Below are positions 48,703 to 57,503 of a stretch of 64,000 nt of DNA, piece after piece. The stretch lies in NCBI GenBank assembly GCA_029260215.1, contig JAJDDQ010000076.1:32148-96147 (forward strand). Reading direction: 5' to 3'. Origin of the DNA: Phycisphaerae bacterium (GTDB lineage Bacteria; Planctomycetota; Phycisphaerae; UBA1845). The first letter of the stretch is position 1. Each line of letters begins with the position of its first letter. The notes beneath the pieces were generated by a model. The model saw only the letters and a list, made by a program, of their open reading frames with translations, searched no databases and was not told where the DNA came from. The translations under genes were made by a program, and so were the position numbers.

Positions 48703-50187
48703 ATGGTTGTTTGCAAACCCACGCGGCGACAGATGCTGGCGACGATGGGTGTCGGCGGGACGCTGGCAGCGTGGTCCGGGTGCTCGGGTACAATGCCCGG
48801 CCCGGACACCACCGGGCAGCCGCTCACGCCGCCCGAGATGCCCGACGACCTCGACCTGCGGCTTCTGAACCGTATCACGTTCGGGCCGACGGCCGATCAG
48901 TTCGAGGAAATCGCACAAATCGGATACGACGCTTTTCTGGAAGAGCAACTGAATCCGGAGCGCATCGCGGACACGGCGACGGACGACGCGTTGCGTTCTC
49001 TGCCGACGCTGCGACAACCACTCGCCGAGCTTGCCCAGGCGGAGGAACCGGATTTCGTCGCCGAAGAACTCGTCCTGGCCCGCGTCATCCGTGCAACGCA
49101 AAGTAACCGCCAGCTTCTCGAACGCGTCGTGGAATTCTGGACCGACCACTTCAACATTTATCACGCCGGCGACGCCATCAAGATATTGAAAACCATCGAC
49201 GATCGCGAGGTCATTCGCGCCAACGCGCTTGGAAATTTCCGCGATATGCTACACGCCTCATCGCGCAGCCCAGCCATGCTTGTCTATCTGGACAATGCCA
49301 CGAACCTCGCGGGCGCACCGAACGAGAATTACGCGCGTGAACTGCTCGAACTTCACACCGTTGGCCGAAACAGCGGCTACGTGCAAGAAGACGTTGAAGA
49401 ACTGGCCCGAGCGTTGACCGGGTGGAGCGTTGTCCAGGACGGCCTCGCTGCGGGTTCATTCGTTTTTCGAGCGAACCTTCACGACGACGGCCCGAAGCAA
49501 GTCATAGACCTGTCGCTGCCCGCCAGCGGCGGGATGGACGACGGGCGCATGGTATTCGATTACCTGGCTGGTCTGCCGCAAACGGCGCGATTCATCGCGA
49601 CCAAACTCGTCAAACATTTTGTGGCTGAGAGCGCACCGCAATCCGTGGTCGATCGCGTGACCGACGCGTTTCTCACATCCGACGGGGATATGAAAACAAT
49701 CCTGCGTGAGGTGTTCGCCCGCGAGTCCATGAGATTGGCTGAGCCTAAATTCAAGCGTCCGCTCCACTTCATCAGCGACATCATCCGCCGCACGGGTGCC
49801 CGCATCGACGAGAGTGAAGAGCTCGGGTTCTGGCTGTATGTTCTGGGCCACGTGCCCTTCCTCTGGCCCGCGCCGGACGGTTACCCCGACGTCGCCGAGC
49901 ATTGGGCACCGGGTTTGCTCAACCGCTGGAACTTCGCGACGGCGTACAGCTTCGGCGATCTGGTGGGCGCTCGGTTCGATGTGCTCGCGCGCGTGCAGCG
50001 TGAAGGGGATTACGCTCCTGCCGCCGTCGTTGACCTTTGGGATCGCATGTTTTTCGCCGGCCAAATGCCTCGGGACGAACGGGCTGCACTGCATGCCTAC
50101 ATCACGGACGATCCCGAGGACGAGGGTCGTTTGATCTATGAATCATTCGCGATGGCCATCTCGATGCCGTCCTTTCAGTGGCATTAG
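48703..50187 (+). CDS. DUF1800 family protein (Tat lipoprotein)
   Basis: TRRQML...WSGC signal; 'EFWTDHFN', 'PAMLVYLDN', 'PNENYARELLELHT', 'PDGY'. Confidence 0.92.
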   Translation: MVVCKPTRRQMLATMGVGGTLAAWSGCSGTMPGPDTTGQPLTPPEMPDDLDLRLLNRITFGPTADQFEEIAQIGYDAFLEEQLNPERIADTATDDALRSLPTLRQPLAELAQAEEPDFVAEELVLARVIRATQSNRQLLERVVEFWTDHFNIYHAGDAIKILKTIDDREVIRANALGNFRDMLHASSRSPAMLVYLDNATNLAGAPNENYARELLELHTVGRNSGYVQEDVEELARALTGWSVVQDGLAAGSFVFRANLHDDGPKQVIDLSLPASGGMDDGRMVFDYLAGLPQTARFIATKLVKHFVAESAPQSVVDRVTDAFLTSDGDMKTILREVFARESMRLAEPKFKRPLHFISDIIRRTGARIDESEELGFWLYVLGHVPFLWPAPDGYPDVAEHWAPGLLNRWNFATAYSFGDLVGARFDVLARVQREGDYAPAAVVDLWDRMFFAGQMPRDERAALHAYITDDPEDEGRLIYESFAMAISMPSFQWH

Positions 50188-50199
50188 GAGCAAAGATCG

Positions 50200-51486
50200 A
50201 TGCAAACCAAGACACCCACAAAGAACGGCTGCCCGGAATATCACGCGTTGCAGAGGCGATCCTTTCTCCGAACTCTGGGCCAAGCCAGCGCAGCGGCCGC
50301 TTTGGTTACGCCGGTCTGGCTGCCGAAACTGGTTTTCGCTCAAAGTGAGAACAGTGAGCGCGACTTGTTGGTATGCGTTTTTCTTCGCGGCGGCGCGGAC
50401 GGGCTGACGCTTTGCGTTCCGCACGCCGAGCAAGCCTATTACGACGCCCGCCCCACGCTGGCAATCCCGGCCCCCGACTCCGTCCTATCCAACCGCGCGA
50501 CCGACCTGGACGGCTTCTTCGGACTGCCGCCGGCGCTCGCTCGGCTGAAACCGATTTACGACGCGCGGCAGCTCGCCATCGTGCATGCCACCGGTTCGTC
50601 ACACCCGACGCGTTCGCATTTTGAAGCTCAGGATTTCATGGAAGCCGGCACGCCGGGCGACTCCACAGTCGTCACCGGTTGGCTCGCCCGACATCTCCAT
50701 AGCGTGCGGGAGGCTGACGACGTCGTGCTCCGCGGCATGGCAGCCTCAACGACTATTCCGCGAACCCTGGGTGGAGCACCCAAGACCGTCGCCATCACAT
50801 CCATCGACGAATACGGACTCGTCGGGCGGGAGGAAACGCGCGATGCGCAGCTCGACCTGTTCCGCGAAGTCTACGGCTCATCGAACGACGTCTTGAGCGC
50901 GGCTGCCAACAACATAACTACCACAACGAGCCTGATCGACCGCATCAAATCCAGTCCTTACACACCCGCCGGCGGTGCAGCCTACCCGACCGACGGGTGG
51001 GGTGAGGGGTTGAAGACCATCGCGCGATTGGCCAAGGCGGATGTCGGTCTCGAGGCGGCGTGCATCGATCTCGACGGGTGGGACACGCATGCCGAACAAG
51101 GGTCGCTCAACGGCGAACTCAACGGGCTTATGGATCGCTTCGCACGCGGGTTGGAAGCCTTCCACGCAGACATGGCTGACCGCATCGACAGGACTACGGT
51201 TGTCGTTCTCTCTGAATTCGGACGTCGTGTTGACGAGAACGGAAGCAAGGGCACGGATCATGGTCACGGAAACGCCATGTTCGTCATGGGCGGCCACGTC
51301 AACGGCGGGCAGGTTATTACGGATTGGCCTGAATTGTCGCCGGACGCGCTCGACGATCGTCGCGATCTCGCAATCACGATCGACTATCGCGACATACTCA
51401 GCGAAGTGCTCACCAAGCGCGCCGGCAACACGTCACTCGAAGCGGTGTTCCCCGGGTATGCGCCCGAATTTCGCGGCGTGGTGTAG
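50200..51486 (+). CDS. DUF1501 family protein (Tat-exported)
   Basis: QRRSFL signal; 'FLRGGADGL', 'RSHFEAQ', 'GWDTH', 'SEFGRR..ENG..GTDHG'. Confidence 0.92.
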   Translation: MQTKTPTKNGCPEYHALQRRSFLRTLGQASAAAALVTPVWLPKLVFAQSENSERDLLVCVFLRGGADGLTLCVPHAEQAYYDARPTLAIPAPDSVLSNRATDLDGFFGLPPALARLKPIYDARQLAIVHATGSSHPTRSHFEAQDFMEAGTPGDSTVVTGWLARHLHSVREADDVVLRGMAASTTIPRTLGGAPKTVAITSIDEYGLVGREETRDAQLDLFREVYGSSNDVLSAAANNITTTTSLIDRIKSSPYTPAGGAAYPTDGWGEGLKTIARLAKADVGLEAACIDLDGWDTHAEQGSLNGELNGLMDRFARGLEAFHADMADRIDRTTVVVLSEFGRRVDENGSKGTDHGHGNAMFVMGGHVNGGQVITDWPELSPDALDDRRDLAITIDYRDILSEVLTKRAGNTSLEAVFPGYAPEFRGVV

Positions 51487-51516
51487 CGCGGTTTCAGTGA
51501 AGTCGCGACGTGTCGC

Positions 51517-51999
51517 TTAACTCTTGCCGATTCGCACGAGGTGCTCGGTCATTTCTTCGCTCGACAAGTGCTCGGTGTCGAGTTCGACCAGCCGGCGAAT
51601 CTTGTCGCCGATCATCGCTGCGACGCGATCCGCCATCGTCACGCGGTCTTCCTCGGAGGCCGTCAACATCACCGGGTCTTGATGAGGCCAATGCGCCCGA
51701 ACCGGCGCTTCCATACCCACGGGGCATGTCTCGGCGGCGGCGTTGTCACAGAGCGTGATGATGATGTCCATCGGCTGGCCCGCGAATTCGTGCCAGCTCT
51801 TTGACCGGGCCTGCTCAATGGACAACCCCAGCTTTCGCATGGCTTTGATCGCCAGCGGGTGAACGAATCCAGCCGGGTGCGATCCCGCGCTGTACGCACA
51901 GAACCGCTGACCGCCGACATGCCGCAGCAGCGCTTCCGCCATCTGCGAGCGACAGGCGTTGCCGGTGCAGAGAAACAATACCTTGATTTGCGTGTTCAT
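51517..51999 (-). CDS. arsC: Arsenate reductase / LMW protein-tyrosine phosphatase family
   Basis: P-loop CTGNACRSQMAE; 'SAGS', 'ITLCD...CP', 'HW...DP'. Confidence 0.85.
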   Translation of the reverse strand: MNTQIKVLFLCTGNACRSQMAEALLRHVGGQRFCAYSAGSHPAGFVHPLAIKAMRKLGLSIEQARSKSWHEFAGQPMDIIITLCDNAAAETCPVGMEAPVRAHWPHQDPVMLTASEEDRVTMADRVAAMIGDKIRRLVELDTEHLSSEEMTEHLVRIGKS

Positions 52000-52073
52000 C
52001 GATCGTACCGTACCCCGTTCCCACAATGCGGGAAACGGAATTCCAAAAAAGCGCCTTTTGCGGAGCGACCGCC

Positions 52074-52562
52074 ATGACCGCTCAACACCGCTTCGGTATC
52101 GGATATGACATTCATCGCCTCGTCCGGGATCGTCCGCTCATACTCGGCGGTGTCGAGATCGACCACGACAAGGGCCTCCTCGGTCACAGCGACGGCGACG
52201 TCGTGCTCCACGCCGTCACCGACGCCCTGCTCGGGGCCGCCGGCATGGGCGACATCGGAGAATTATTTCCCGACACCGACGCACGCTACAAGGACGCCGA
52301 CAGCAAGCTCCTCCTGGCAGATGTCGTCAATCGCGTGCAGGAAGCCGGTTACAGTATCGGCAATGTGGATCTTATCATACACGCGGAGAGGCCTAACCTT
52401 TCCGCCCATAAGGTCCGAATACGCAATCGCATCGCAGACATCCTGCATTTGCCCGTCGGCAACCTCAACGTCAAAGCGAAAACCAACGAAGGCTTAGGCC
52501 CCGTAGGCACGCGTGAAGGCGTCGCCTGCACGGCCATCGCATCGCTCATGAAGATCGAGTGA
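52074..52562 (+). CDS. ispF: 2-C-methyl-D-erythritol 2,4-cyclodiphosphate synthase
   Basis: 'GIGYDIHRL', 'GHSDGDVVLHAVTDALLGA', 'DIGELFP', 'NVKAKTNEGLG'. Confidence 0.97.
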   Translation: MTAQHRFGIGYDIHRLVRDRPLILGGVEIDHDKGLLGHSDGDVVLHAVTDALLGAAGMGDIGELFPDTDARYKDADSKLLLADVVNRVQEAGYSIGNVDLIIHAERPNLSAHKVRIRNRIADILHLPVGNLNVKAKTNEGLGPVGTREGVACTAIASLMKIE

Positions 52563-52600
52563 ACGCACCATCGCGACGGTGCCATATTGCTTTGGAAATG

Positions 52601-52792
52601 GTAACAGGTCAGCAATCTGCAATGGCGATGTCTTGGCATGGAGGCGTGCTGGTTGAGAATAATGTTGGGTGGGCCTGGCGGCGTCCGCGCGGACTGAAGT
52701 CCGCGGCTCGTTGGGTGCATTTGAAAACCGAGCAGGTTACGTACGAATGCAGCCCTTGAGCGGATCGGCATTGCACACGGCTGACTTTTTAC
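52601..52792 (+). mobile_element. MITE copy 2 (192 bp), IS66-like ends
   Basis: Ends GTAACAGGTCAGC / GCTGACTTTTTAC; 8-bp direct repeat TGGAAATG at 52593-52600 and 52793-52800; shares identical 25-, 36- and 19-bp blocks with 592-784. Confidence 0.9.
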
Positions 52793-52831
52793 TGGAAATG
52801 AAAGGGATGCGCCCTTCAATCGCTCGGCTGT

Positions 52832-53845
52832 TCAAAACCGCTCGTCGGGACGGGTTTGGCGCGTGACTTGAACGGCCCGACTTTCGTTGTACTTGCCCAG
52901 CTTGCAAGCGTACTTCGGCTTACCAGCCACCTGCAACAGCATTTCCGACGAAATCGACTTGCCGGTCTGAATGATGTCACCCGGCTGAAGGTTGACCAGC
53001 TCCTGAATCGTGATATCCGTCTCAGCCAATACGGCGCGCAATTCCACACGCGCGTTTTGCAACTCGTTTGTCAGATCTTCGACGTTCGAATCCGCCGACG
53101 CACGACGTTTGTACGCCAGCCACCCCTGCGACGCCAGCTTGCCCATCACCGGTTCAATCACGTTGAACGGAATGCAAAAGCTCATCGTGCCGCTGCGCTG
53201 CCCCATTCGGATTTCGAACCCGATGACGACCACCACTTCGTTCGGTGCCACGATCTGCACAAGGTGCGGGTTGTTCTCGATATCGCCCAGCGTGAAGCAG
53301 ACCTCCACCATGCTGGACCACACTTCCGTCAGGCACTCCAGCGCACGATCCGTGATCCGGCGGACCAGACGCAACTCGATCAACGTCAGCGGCCTATGCG
53401 GGATGAACACCTCCGAATTCGATCCGCCCAAAAGCCTGTCGATAATCGGGTAGATAATGAGCGGGGTAATCTCCAGGCACATCTGCCCTTCGAGCGGTTC
53501 GACGTTCAGCAGATTGAAATTCGTCGGATTCGGCAACGAGTGGATGAATTCGCTGTAGGTGAGCTGTTCGACGGCAGCCACACGCACTTCGATAATCGTG
53601 CGCAAAAACCCCGACAGAGACGCCCCGAAATTTCGGGCGAAGCCTTCGTGGATGCTCTCCAGCGCCCGCATCTGATCCTTGCTGACCCGCTCCGGACGCT
53701 TGAAGTCGTAGGTCGAAACATCGCGATGCTGAAAATTCGATTTGGTGGACAGCGTGGAAGCCACTTGATCCACGGACTCAGTGCCGACAGTCTCAACGGC
53801 CGACAACAGGGCATCAACTTCAGATTGTTCCAGAACATCCGACAT
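52832..53845 (-). CDS. fliM: Flagellar motor switch protein FliM
   Basis: 'LEQSEVDALL' CheY-binding peptide, 'YDFKRPERVSKDQMR', 'IIDRLLGG', C-terminal SpoA domain. Confidence 0.95.
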   Translation of the reverse strand: MSDVLEQSEVDALLSAVETVGTESVDQVASTLSTKSNFQHRDVSTYDFKRPERVSKDQMRALESIHEGFARNFGASLSGFLRTIIEVRVAAVEQLTYSEFIHSLPNPTNFNLLNVEPLEGQMCLEITPLIIYPIIDRLLGGSNSEVFIPHRPLTLIELRLVRRITDRALECLTEVWSSMVEVCFTLGDIENNPHLVQIVAPNEVVVVIGFEIRMGQRSGTMSFCIPFNVIEPVMGKLASQGWLAYKRRASADSNVEDLTNELQNARVELRAVLAETDITIQELVNLQPGDIIQTGKSISSEMLLQVAGKPKYACKLGKYNESRAVQVTRQTRPDERF

Positions 53846-53958
53846 CGAAGCGCGGTCCCTCCGGATTGGCGCACACTGACCGCCTGTTTATCGGCACTGA
53901 CCGTGGCAGCCCTTGAGTCCGACGCAACTTTCCCACTCGTCTCACTACGATATCAGCG

Positions 53959-55272
53959 TCAACAAGGGCGAATCGAGCCGCACATCGCCTCCCACCGATC
54001 GAAAAAGTCCGGAAACGTCTTCCCCACGCAACCGGGGTCGCGAATCGTCACGCCAGGAACGCGCAGGCCGACCAACGCGAAACTCATGGCCATACGATGG
54101 TCCGCGTAGGTTTCGATTGCCGAGGGCTTGAGCGTAGTCGGCGGCTGGATCACGAGTCCGTCGTCAAGCTCCCGCACGTCCGCCCCCAAACGCGACAACT
54201 CCGTCATCAAGGCAACCAGTCGATCGGTTTCCTTGATCCGCAGATTGGCTACGTTGCGAATACGCGAAGGCCTATCGGCAAACAGCGCCAAAACCGCCAC
54301 CGTCTGCGCCATGTCGGGCATGTCGTTCAAGTCAACATCCACCGCTCGCAAACGCCCACCCGGTTCAGCCGACACTTTCAGAAAGTCCGGGCCACGCTCG
54401 ACCGAACAGCCCATCGCCTCCAGCACATCCACGAACCGCGCATCGCCCTGCACGGAATCCGTCCCCAAGCCTTCAACAACCACATTGCCCCCAGCCAACG
54501 ACGCAGCCGCAAGAAAATACGATGCGTTCGAGGCGTCAGGCTCCACCGCGTAGTTCACCGCCCGGTAGGCCTGCGGTGCGGGAACGACAAACTTGGCGTC
54601 GCACTCGCCGATTTCATCCACCACGGACACGCCGAACTGTTCCATCAAACGCAGCGTCATGCGCACATACGGCACACTCACCATGCCCCCGGTTACTTCG
54701 ATCATCACATCGCCGTTCGCACAGGGCGCTACCATCAACAACGCCGAGACGAACTGGCTCGATTGCGATCCGTCGATAGAAATCTCGCCCGAACCAAGAC
54801 GATCGGCATGGATAGCCAACGGGAGGAATCCCTCGTCGCCCAGGTACTCCACGCCCACGCCAAGACGGCGGAGCGCATGCATCAAGGGGCCGATCGGACG
54901 CTGACGCATCCGCGGAACACCGTCGAACTCGAACCGGCCCATTCCCAAAGATGAGAGCGCCGCCACAAACCTCGCCGTCGTCCCTGAATTTCCGCAAAAC
55001 AAGGTTGCATCCGTCGCGGGCACATGCCCGCTGCAACCCGTGACTTCGATCCGTTGAGAGGCCCGATCGGTCGAGACGGCAAACCCCAACTCAACCAACG
55101 CGTCAAGCATCACTTCGATATCTTCCGCCAAAAGCGCATTCGACAGTATCGACGTGCCGCGCGACAGCGAAGCCAGCACCAACGCGCGATTCGTAAGACT
55201 CTTGGATCCGGGAATGCGCACCACCGCGTCCAGCGGTCCAACCGGTTTCGGCAACTTGTAAAAGTCTTTCAC
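53959..55272 (-). CDS. aroA: 3-phosphoshikimate 1-carboxyvinyltransferase (EPSP synthase)
   Basis: 'PGSKSLTNRAL', 'GNSGTTARF', 'SSQFVSALL', 'RIKETDR', 'DHRMAM'. Confidence 0.97.
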   Translation of the reverse strand: MKDFYKLPKPVGPLDAVVRIPGSKSLTNRALVLASLSRGTSILSNALLAEDIEVMLDALVELGFAVSTDRASQRIEVTGCSGHVPATDATLFCGNSGTTARFVAALSSLGMGRFEFDGVPRMRQRPIGPLMHALRRLGVGVEYLGDEGFLPLAIHADRLGSGEISIDGSQSSQFVSALLMVAPCANGDVMIEVTGGMVSVPYVRMTLRLMEQFGVSVVDEIGECDAKFVVPAPQAYRAVNYAVEPDASNASYFLAAASLAGGNVVVEGLGTDSVQGDARFVDVLEAMGCSVERGPDFLKVSAEPGGRLRAVDVDLNDMPDMAQTVAVLALFADRPSRIRNVANLRIKETDRLVALMTELSRLGADVRELDDGLVIQPPTTLKPSAIETYADHRMAMSFALVGLRVPGVTIRDPGCVGKTFPDFFDRWEAMCGSIRPC

Positions 55273-55369
55273 CAGATAAACCCGAGATATCGTTTCAGAA
55301 TCATCATGGTTGAGTTTATACTGAACTCAGCAGACTGCACACGCTGGGACAAATCCACAGGAGGCGACC

Positions 55370-57088
55370 ATGTTTTCACGACGCGATGTACTTCGAGGCG
55401 GCTTGGGCGCCGCCGGAATAGGGCTGTTGGCCAAGCACGGTTTCGCACTGAACAGCGCGTCAGACCTGAATATCGGAAGCGGTGCGGTTGGGCTGGCGCG
55501 CACGCGCCCGTTCAGGTACATACCGTTTCATCCGCAGTCCGTCATGGTTGACGGCCTGCCCTTCGCCGAATGGTTTACGGGCGACTTCTTCTCGAACGAC
55601 GCGATCCCTTTCCACACATGCCAAAACTGTTTCGAGAACGGCGAGCCGCCCGCACCGACCGAAGAAACAGATCTCGTCATTGTCGGCGGAGGGCTTTCCG
55701 GACTGACCACCGCCTTTCTCGCCCGTGAATACAACCCCGTCCTGCTCGAACTGCGCCCGCGATTTGGTGGCGTCGCCCAAGGGGAAATCTGGGGCGGAAC
55801 ACCCTTCTCACTCGGCACCGCCTACGTCATCACGCCCGACTCAGGCTCGTACCTCGACTGGTTCTACGACCAACTCGGTTTGGCTGAGGTCATACGCAAA
55901 CACACGGACGCCAACCTGATCGAATACGAAGGGCAAATCTGGAGCGACTTCTGGACCGGGGCTGCCAAAAATCCCAAGGAAATGGCCGCCTATCAGCAAT
56001 ACGCTGCCATCGTCCAACAGATGGCCAACGTCGATTACCCCGACATCCCGCTTCCCGACGGCGACGTACAGTGGATCCTCGATCTCGATCGCAAGACGCT
56101 CAAGGAGGATATCGAGAGCAAAATGAACGGCTTCCAAATCCCGCCGCTGCTTGCCGGCGCGATACAGGCCTACTGCTACTCATCCTTCAACGCCGGTTGG
56201 GAAGAAATATCAGCCGCGGGCGGATGGAACTTTCTCGCAGCCGAGGAATTTGGCCGATGGGTGCCGCCCGGCGGGATCACCTACATGGTCGACGCGCTGT
56301 GGAAAAAACTCATCGAGCACGAACGCGCGCAAGGCCGAGGCGAACAGGACACGCGACTTCGCGCCGGATGCAAGGTCGTCGATGTGCGTCTCGTGGCCGG
56401 CAAACGCGCACAGGTGACCTACTACGGATGGGACGGAAAGCTGCGTTCACTCCTGGCCAAACGCGTCGCGATGTGCTGCCCCAAATACCTGTGCAAGTAC
56501 ATGATTCCCGGCCTTGAGAAAAGCGATCCGCAGCGCCTCAACGCCATGAACAGCGTTCTCACCCGCGCGTACATCGTCGGAAACGTCCTGCTCGATTCCT
56601 CAATCAAGCTCGATTTCTACGACATATTCCTGCTTCGCGACGGACATTTTCCGATGGCCGAAGATCAGGCCACCGATTACTTCAAAGTTGTGGACATGCT
56701 CAGCGGGCATTACGCGCGTCGCCGCACCGCCGACCGCAGCGTTCTGACGCTCTATTTCCCGCTCCCGTTCGATACGGGTCGCTTCACCCTCGTGACCGAA
56801 GACCCCTGGACCGAGTACGCCGAACGCTTCGCCCCGCAGATCAGATCCATGCTCGATTTGCTCAACGTCCCCCATTCCGCCGTCAAACAGGTCCGCATGG
56901 CGCGCTGGGGGCATTCCATGCCGATAAATTACCGAGGACTGATCGCCGACGGCATCACGGACACCCTCCGCCGCCCCATCGACGAAACCATTTACTTCAT
57001 CAATCAGGACAACTGGGCCTTGCCCGCCGTGGAGAATTGCATCCTTGACGCGGAAATCTTCGTCCCCCGCATGACCCAAGGCCTGTGA
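55370..57088 (+). CDS. Tat-exported FAD-dependent oxidoreductase (amine-oxidase-like)
   Basis: SRRDVL signal; 'VIVGGGLSGL' dinucleotide fold, 'FGG', 'RWGHSM'; GGAGG RBS. Confidence 0.85.
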   Translation: MFSRRDVLRGGLGAAGIGLLAKHGFALNSASDLNIGSGAVGLARTRPFRYIPFHPQSVMVDGLPFAEWFTGDFFSNDAIPFHTCQNCFENGEPPAPTEETDLVIVGGGLSGLTTAFLAREYNPVLLELRPRFGGVAQGEIWGGTPFSLGTAYVITPDSGSYLDWFYDQLGLAEVIRKHTDANLIEYEGQIWSDFWTGAAKNPKEMAAYQQYAAIVQQMANVDYPDIPLPDGDVQWILDLDRKTLKEDIESKMNGFQIPPLLAGAIQAYCYSSFNAGWEEISAAGGWNFLAAEEFGRWVPPGGITYMVDALWKKLIEHERAQGRGEQDTRLRAGCKVVDVRLVAGKRAQVTYYGWDGKLRSLLAKRVAMCCPKYLCKYMIPGLEKSDPQRLNAMNSVLTRAYIVGNVLLDSSIKLDFYDIFLLRDGHFPMAEDQATDYFKVVDMLSGHYARRRTADRSVLTLYFPLPFDTGRFTLVTEDPWTEYAERFAPQIRSMLDLLNVPHSAVKQVRMARWGHSMPINYRGLIADGITDTLRRPIDETIYFINQDNWALPAVENCILDAEIFVPRMTQGL

Positions 57089-57144
57089 CCGGCGGCCGGA
57101 TTCGCCGCTCAAACGCGGACGAATCACATGGCCGTCGAAGCCCT

Positions 57145-57172
57145 TTGCCACCCGCGCAGGTAATGGTATAGT
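57145..57172 (+). promoter_or_regulatory. sigma70-type promoter for tRNA-Cys
   Basis: TTGCCA-16 bp-TATAGT with extended -10 TG, about 40 bp upstream of the tRNA. Confidence 0.65.
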
Positions 57173-57213
57173 ACCCCGCTCGGGTCGGCTCGCGATTGCA
57201 GCCGACACCACCC

Positions 57214-57287
57214 GGCGGCGTACCCAAGTGGCCTAAGGGGACGGATTGCAAATCCGTTATACGTGGGTTCGAATCCCACCGCCGCCT
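57214..57287 (+). tRNA. trnC: tRNA-Cys (GCA)
   Basis: Acceptor stem GGCGGCG/CGCCGCC, anticodon arm ACGGA-TTGCAAA-TCCGT, T-loop GGTTCGAATCC; CCA not encoded. Confidence 0.97.
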
Positions 57288-57444
57288 TTGCCGTGATCCG
57301 CGAAAAACATGCTCTTTGTCTTGGCTGTTTCGGGGTTCTCCCCGCGCAGGCCGGACTACCAATCTCCAAGCCGGAATCGAAATCGGAGGATCGTGTCGCT
57401 GCAGTCTGCGGATGCGGATGATCCTTGTGGCATACCCGGATCGG

Positions 57445-57469
57445 AAAACGGCTGTCTCGAATGCCGTTT
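57445..57469. terminator. Hairpin between the convergent tRNA and lptD-like gene
   Basis: AAACGGC-10 nt-GCCGTTT stem. Confidence 0.4.
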
Positions 57470-57503
57470 CGTGATGTGATTGGGGTCGAAGCCCGACAGG
57501 CTC

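Noticed and set aside
51517-51999. Arsenic-resistance operon
   Set aside because: No arsR, arsB or acr3 nearby; a standalone ArsC/LMW-PTP family gene.
57214-57503. tRNA-Cys as integration site of a genomic island
   Set aside because: No duplicated tRNA 3' end and no integrase; the tRNA is followed by a housekeeping gene.
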